A stretch of 64,000 bases of DNA from the human T2T-CHM13v2.0 reference genome, Homo sapiens. This document shows, piece by piece, positions 56,806-64,000 of this stretch (position 1 is its first letter; each line of letters opens with the position of its first letter). The position numbers were made by a program, and so were the translations under genes. The DNA lies in assembly GCF_009914755.1 (NCBI RefSeq), contig NC_060939.1, one strand, 5' to 3'. Below the pieces are notes generated by a model. That model searched no databases. It saw only the letters and a list, made by a program, of their open reading frames with translations, and was not told where the DNA came from.

Positions 56806-57684
56806 TAGTCAACGGCTGGTGAAACTGGACAATGCTGTGAAATAAAGCATGTTTCGCCTGATGGAGAAGATGCTGTAGCAGGAAATCTCATGAGATCTGA
56901 CCATCCTCTTGCAGAGATTTTTACCCTGGGGTTGAGCCACAACATCCTTATTGCCAGGGCAACTCTCAGTACCATCCTTGCCACAACATCTAAAATTAAC
57001 ATAAGACCTCCTTGCTGTTTTGATCCCTGGAGCCAGCCCAGCCAAACATATTACTCAACACTGAAGGCATTTGATTGGCTTCTAATGAGGCAGCAGATCA
57101 GCTTTTAGGGGTCTGTTCTCAGTGTGATGTATGAGTTAAGCTCCCGGTAATGTTAATCAGTTGGGAGTTCCCACTGCTCAGGCAACTGTCTTGTAAAGCT
57201 CTCACTACTTGACCGCCAACTTATCTTAGCCTATTCTTTCTGTTTTGAAGTCCACCAGTGTTCCGATGCCAGCAAGAATGTGAATAAAAAGACTGCCTTT
57301 AAACTTCTCCCACGTTCTGAATAAACCTCCTTTCAAGATGTCCTGAGGCTCCATCCACACTGTTCCCCACACCATGATACATTTACCCAGCCAAAGTGAG
57401 TAACTAGTAATTGATTCAACTATAATGCACTTAGCACTGAGGAGACAGGGGTGTTTCTTGAATTTGAAGAACTCAGAGTCTATCCTGGGAGGCAATCATA
57501 ATACCCCCAGACCCACAAAACAGATTGGGTGGAGTCTCAAAGAAGAGGAGACACTCAAGAGGCAGAGGAATGATGCTGAGAGAAGATGTTTGGGAGAAGA
57601 GCATTTCAGCAAGGGAAGGATAGGCTTACACCTGGGGCCAACTTACCCAACAGGTTGCAACTTGCCTGAGCCTCCACCAGTAAG

Positions 57685-57893
57685 TGCCATGCCCAGGGGC
57701 CATGATTCTCTTAGGAGACCATAGAAATATTGTAGTTCTGATTTATTTTAAAGTCAGAAAAAAATGAATATATAATAATGAATCTAGCCTCATCTTTATA
57801 CCAACACAGTCATAAAAAAAATGTATAGTCCTTTTTTAATAGATGAAGAGATCCATGAAGGCAAAAGTGCCTAGGGCCCTCAACAATCGTAAT
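57685..57893. mobile_element. hAT-Tip100 relic (ORSL-like)
   Basis: ttttaaagtcagaaaaaaatgaata...ccatgaaggcaaaagtgcctagggccc; family from recall. Confidence 0.5.
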
Positions 57894-58520
57894 GCATCTG
57901 CACTCCCATGCTTACTGCAGCATTATTCACAGCAGCCAAGATTTGGAAGCAACCTAAGTGTCCATCAACAGATGAATGAATAAAGAAAATGTGGTACACA
58001 TACACAATGGAATACTATTCAGCCATAAAAAAGAATGAGATCCCATCATTTGCAACAACATGGATAGAACTGGAGGACATTATGTTAAGTGAAATAAGCC
58101 AGACACAGAAAGATAAACTTCACATGTTCTCACTCATTTGTGGGAACTAAAAATTAAAGCAATTAAACTCATGGAAATAGTAGAATGATGATTACCAGAC
58201 GCTACGAAGGATAGTTGGGCGAAGGGAGAAGGTGAGGATGGTTAATGGATATAAAAACATAGTTAGATAGAAGGAATAAGATCTAGCATTTGATAGCACA
58301 ACAGGGTGATTACAGTCAACAATAACTTATCGTACATGTTAAAGTAACCAAAAGTATAATTAGAATGTTTATAACACAATAAATGATAAATGCTTGAGGT
58401 GACGGATACCCCACTTACCCTGATATGATTATGCATTGTATGCCTGTAACAAAATATCTTACATACCCCATAAATACATACGCCTACTATGTACACATAA
58501 AAAACAAAGTAAAAAATATA
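57894..58520 (+). mobile_element. L1MA (about MA2-3) 3' end
   Basis: catctgcactcccatg...gcaacctaagtgtccatcaacagatgaatg...gttagatagaaggaataagatctag...cctactatgtac. Confidence 0.92.
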
Positions 58521-58739
58521 ATTCCCAATGTAAGTTGAAAAAACATATCTTAGATGTCTTTTGCTGTCATGGATAAAAGTCCATTTTCCTCCTACAATTA
58601 AACATTTATATTTTAAAAAGTCATAGTGCAGCCCCAGCTTATGCAAAGATACAAGTGAGTGTCTGGAAGTGCAAGTGACAATATTGAAAATATATGGAGC
58701 CTCACTCCGTAAGAGGTACTTTTCTACCAGTCCTGCAGG

Positions 58740-58910
58740 TATTAACCTCTGGATTCCTCACAACCCAGTGCAGTAGGCACAATTACCACCACCCCAACTT
58801 TACAGATAAATGAAGGCAGAAGAGGATAAAGCTCCCCAAAGCCATTCAGTCCTACAGATAACCAGGCCACATATCTGAGTACTATGGCTCTAAAATCTGC
58901 ACACTTACAC
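58740..58910 (-). mobile_element. MIR
   Basis: cctcacaacccagtgcagtaggc...ctttacagataaatgaaggcagaagagg. Confidence 0.65.
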
Positions 58911-60215
58911 TCCATGTGGGTGTTCCCCAAATTGTCTAATTATTTGTGATGAGGGCCCATTTTCTTTATTTCCTATCAATCACAGACCAATATCTTTGTA
59001 AAATAAATAAATAAATAATAAATTGCCAGAAAAAGGAAATGCAAAAAGAGTACAAAAAACCAAGCCCAATTTTAAAAAATCAATTCAACAGACACAAAAT
59101 TACATTCCAATAATTGTGCTTGACAATTGCAGCCATGTCAAATTTTTCTAAAATGTTCTCAGGGCTTATTCTCGATGTCTATTTTTACCTCACATCAGAT
59201 GGGTAACAGCCTGCAGACCAGCCGGGGTCCTGGCCCACATGCTAGGCATGCTGCCCTGGCCAAAGGAGCTGCAGTTGGCTTTTGCAGTAGTGGAAGCAAG
59301 GAAGGGGGAAAAGGAAGAAAAATGCCACTTTGCCAAAATGTCAGTGAGAAGAACAAAGAAGGTGAGGATGGGAACTGAGTAAATTAGGATGTGTGCCTTT
59401 TCAACCAACCTGAGGTTGTGCTTTTGTGCCAAGCACCTGCCTATCACAGGCAGAGCTGGGGACCGTGGTGTCAGAGCCTCTATCCATGAAAGCCTCAAAT
59501 TTTAGACTTTTGAGGTGATACATATGAGCACTGATGCAGACTCACGGGATCCAAAGTAGAACGTTCAACAACAAATGTAGAACTGTGACCCACGAACTGT
59601 CCACACTCCCAATGGTCCTCAATAAACTAATATTTTTAATTGAATCCTTCATTTGTCTTATAATTCATATAATGGCTACATTATAAAATTTTGTATCAAA
59701 AATTATGTATTGAATGTAAACATAACATATACCACAATTTTGCATTTTCTTTCTGTACTTTTCTTTGTATCATAAGTATCTTCCTGAACATGTAGGGGAA
59801 AATAGGATTTTGGTAAGCACAATCATATTTTAGACATCCCAAGAGACACACTGTATTAGATTCAAAAAAATCAGACTTTATGGTGAATTCTATTTCCTTG
59901 TCTGTAAAAGGAGAGCAATAACCTATAATAACCTGTAAAAGACTCTGAAAACCTTACTGTGATGTTTTTAAACCAGCGGTTGTAAGTAGTATTCTCTTTT
60001 GTTAATCCAAGCTTTCACACCAAGGTTTGTGAAAGATGCACCTCTATTTCTTGGTATAGCATTTAAGCCATGCGCTGTCTTCCATGTACATCTCAATCGG
60101 GAGATTGTAGGCTGGTAATTGTCCTAATATGAAAAGTAATCACTTCAAGGGCCTAAGGAAAGGAGTTTTGGGGTATTATTTAATTCAATCCCCTGCCTAG
60201 AAAATCTTAATATCT

Positions 60216-60555
<340 letters not shown>

Positions 60556-61009
60556 TTAATATCTGATCTTAATTCTACCACATTTTAATTCGTTCACTTA
60601 CTTTCCATCAGAAATTTCCCCATTTGGTAATGGGGAAAGGAAATGAATCTTGCTCGTTTCCCACCGAAGGAGACGTGACCCCCTGAGATATAGAGGTTTA
60701 GAATTTCTTGTTAATGGCAAAATCGTGAACAGTGTTGTAACTCAGGCAGCTAGTCCACGATAGTCACTGTCCTGAGAGAAGAACAGCCTGCTCATAAAGA
60801 AGATAGAGCACATGAGCATCCTCCCAGAAATGGACCAACACAACCATTTTGATAATGCCAATATGGCGCCCCTAAGAAAGGAGTGGACCCCGCCCCTGGG
60901 AAGAACAGTAGCACCTCCTAAGAAGACAGAAACGCGTGTGTTCTCATCCTATCACCATGGAACCTGTGCAGCTTCCCAGGAGACTTGGAGACCTGTTATG
61001 CTGAGATAA

Positions 61010-61185
61010 TAACTTCGCAGTGCTCTTCTAAGAGCTTTGCAGGTAACTACCTTATTTGATTCTCACAACAACCCTGAAATAGGTACTGTTGGTTGACAGA
61101 GAAACTGACGCGTTGTATTGGTGAGTAACTTTCTAGGAGTCACACAGCTACTTATTGGTGCTGCTGTGGTTTCAATCCGGCTGTT
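61010..61185 (-). mobile_element. MIR
   Basis: attctcacaacaaccctgaaataggtact...agagaaactgac...gtcacacagcta. Confidence 0.75.
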
Positions 61186-61733
61186 CAAATAAGTGTTGAA
61201 TACAATGCATTATATTGATTTGACCCATATTCTTCCATGTAGAGGCTTTATTCCGCCCATTGGAGGGCTCTCTTTTTGAAGACTATCATCAGAAATTGAA
61301 ATATAAGAGGCAGGGAAGCCAGTATTAGCAGTACTAAAAAAAATAGTTATAAAAAGCATGTACACAGTAAGAAACTTTTGCTATTATATTTACTTCTCTA
61401 ACTGCAGTATTTTATTATACCTATAATTAAAGATGAGCAAAGGATCGCTCTGAGAGATTATATAGTTATTATAGTCACACAATTGATTTGGACTTGATTG
61501 GAGATCTTAACCCGCCACTTAAAAAGCTACATTGATGCTATTTCTAAGTCTCTGTTTTCTAACCACCATTCTTGTGGGTTGTCAGGGCAAACTATTTCTA
61601 TCTGGTGCACACACTCTCTATTCCACCCCCTCATGAACAAATACAGTTTCTGTAGGTTTTCTTTACCCATCTCTTCTTTGTAACGCCTGAGGTCTAACAT
61701 GCAAAATATTTAGACAGTTTAAAGCTTAGTTGC

Positions 61734-62055
<322 letters not shown>

Positions 62056-63228
62056 TAGTTGGACATTTTAGGGTTGGGAAATACTCCCCTATCCCATGCA
62101 GCTCATTTCTCTGTGAATCAGGTAGTGAAAGGAGCTTCCCAAAAGGCACAGATGATTTGTATATGCTAAGCTTAAACCGAGGAACCCAACTCGTAGCACT
62201 AATAATTATTGCAATTTGTTGAGAATAACAATAGCTTCGTAAAGCCCAGTGTTTCCCTAAAGGGCAAGTATAATAGGCCTATAACTTCAAACGTGTAAGA
62301 ATAATTTGTTATTCATGTTAATCCCCTCGCCATTGCCAGCCACATCAATCTTTTTCAAAAGGGGAGCACTGGAAAAACCACTGAAGTCTGAAGGGAAAAA
62401 ATAAACATGTAAGGTGAACAGGAGCACACAGTAAAGCAACTCTGTGATTCTGCTGGTTGCTGCCAGGGACTCGTAATGTTTCATTAACGTTCACCCACCA
62501 CCCCATACCCATTTGGCTCCAACTCTCAGTAAGGCAGGGATGTGAGCCAGGAGAAGAACACCACCATCAAGTCATTGCTGGCTATTCCTACGAGGATACT
62601 ATTTTTCAAAATTTTTTGCCACCTGAGGCCCAGGCAAAATTACTGGCCCTTGTTTAAATCACTGCATTCTTTACTCATGTACAGGTCAGTTTCAACTCAG
62701 AAACAGTGCCTACTTTAAAAAATGTACACACACCCAAACAGCCACCCTTGTTTCCGGGACTTAGATTTCAAACCTACAGAAGTATTTCAAGTAAAAAGGA
62801 TGCTTAGGAATAAGCAGTAGCTGACAATAAAAGAAAAGAAGATGCAATATGGATGGAGGTGACTGAAAACCAGGAATTCAAATGAACTGAAGGTACAGCC
62901 TGTGGACCAACATCCTCCTGGAATAGAAATAAATAGCATTGGTAGTTTCAATTACATCCCCTCCCCACTTTCACTTAAATCATGAATCTAGATTTACACA
63001 AGATTTATACACTTCTGACCACAAATGGGCCTCCACATACCTTCATTTTCTTGTGCCATGCACATGAAAGAGAAGGGAAAGAAAGATTTTTTTTCCCCTT
63101 TGGTTTGCCTGGACATGGCACGAGGAAACATGAGCATTAGTGATGTCTAGCTTTCTCAGTTCTTGGCCTTTGAGGGCAAACAAGGCTCCTTTCCAGGTAG
63201 ACACTGACCAAAGGCCTTAAAGCATGAG

Positions 63229-63569
63229 TGTCTCAGTTTGTTTTGGCTGCTATGACAAAATACCTTAAACTGGGTAATTTACAAATAATAGAAATTAATT
63301 GTCACAGTTCTGCAGGCTGGAAAGTCCAAGATCAGCATGCTGGCAGATTCAATGTCTGATGAGTCCTCCCCCTTTGCTCCATAGATGGCACCATGTCGCT
63401 GCATCCTCACATGGCAGAAAGCATGAACAGCTCCCTAGCACCTCTTTTATAAGGTCACTAATCCCATTTATGTGGGCTCTGACCTCATGACTTAATCACC
63501 CCTTAATACTATCACATTGGCAAGTAAGTTTCAACATATGAATTTTGGGGTCGCACTCAGACCACGGCA
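63229..63569 (-). mobile_element. MLT1A-type MaLR solo LTR
   Basis: ggctgctatgacaaaatacc...cacagttctgcaggctggaaagtccaagatc...tttcaacatatgaattttgggg; TG...CA ends; 5-bp TSD atgag/atggg. Confidence 0.88.
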
Positions 63570-64000
63570 ATGGGAAAATTAATATTTGTTTTCATATAAC
63601 AGGGCATTTGATTCTCCTCTCTGCCATTAGCATGCAACAAGCCATGTAACCTTCCAGGTTTACAGAAGGCAAACCTCAACCACTGACTCCTCCTGGGTGC
63701 TTTTTGATCCAGTAGTCTGTATGGCCTACAGGTAGACCGCTTCCTTCAATCACTGCTTGAGGAATCACTGGAGGAGGAGTCTTATTGCGATGAGAGACTG
63801 TCTGGGTCCCATGTTGTCAGGGGCAGGCCCAAGAGACAGAGAGTTGTAGGATGGGCATATAGAAGTAGGGCAGTTGCTAATAATTGTCTTAGTAAGTTAT
63901 TCTAGATTTGCCAGGCCTGCACCTCAGCAGTTGCAAGCCACTTTTACTTCTGGGGTATATTTTTTCTTTTAAATTATTTTTATAGTTTCTTAAATTAAAA

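Noticed and set aside
60860-60925. Two similar motifs gcgcccctaagaa and gcacctcctaagaa with a GC box
   Set aside because: Only partial CTCF/SP matches and no CpG island; too weak to call a promoter.

Overview
This is primate (human-like) non-coding genomic DNA: AT-rich, CpG-depleted, with no CpG island. A large share is interspersed repeat: about 26 Alu insertions (J, S and Y types, most with visible target-site duplications), old L1M and L2 LINE remnants, MIRs, five solo LTRs, hAT DNA-transposon relics (MER5, MER53, ORSL-like) and one very short L1PA insertion. I find no credible protein-coding gene, tRNA/rRNA/snRNA gene or CRISPR array. The ORF track is explained by Alu, L1, microsatellite or chance ORFs. 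I cannot name the locus, and I cannot support a new biological system here. The best second-look items are small: a 36-bp segment apparently copied from an L1 3'UTR into a MIR 1 kb upstream; a left-left-right Alu chimera that looks like a recombination-deletion scar; two perfect hairpins in unique DNA; a (TG)19(GC)9 Z-DNA tract; a 274-bp pure A/T tract; a MER53 palindrome keeping a miR-1302-type seed; exact CTCF and ISRE motifs; a candidate 27-nt microexon; and several repeat-free, motif-rich stretches that may be enhancers. Repeat family names come from recalled consensus sequences. Subfamily calls and the edges of old repeats are approximate (tens of bp).
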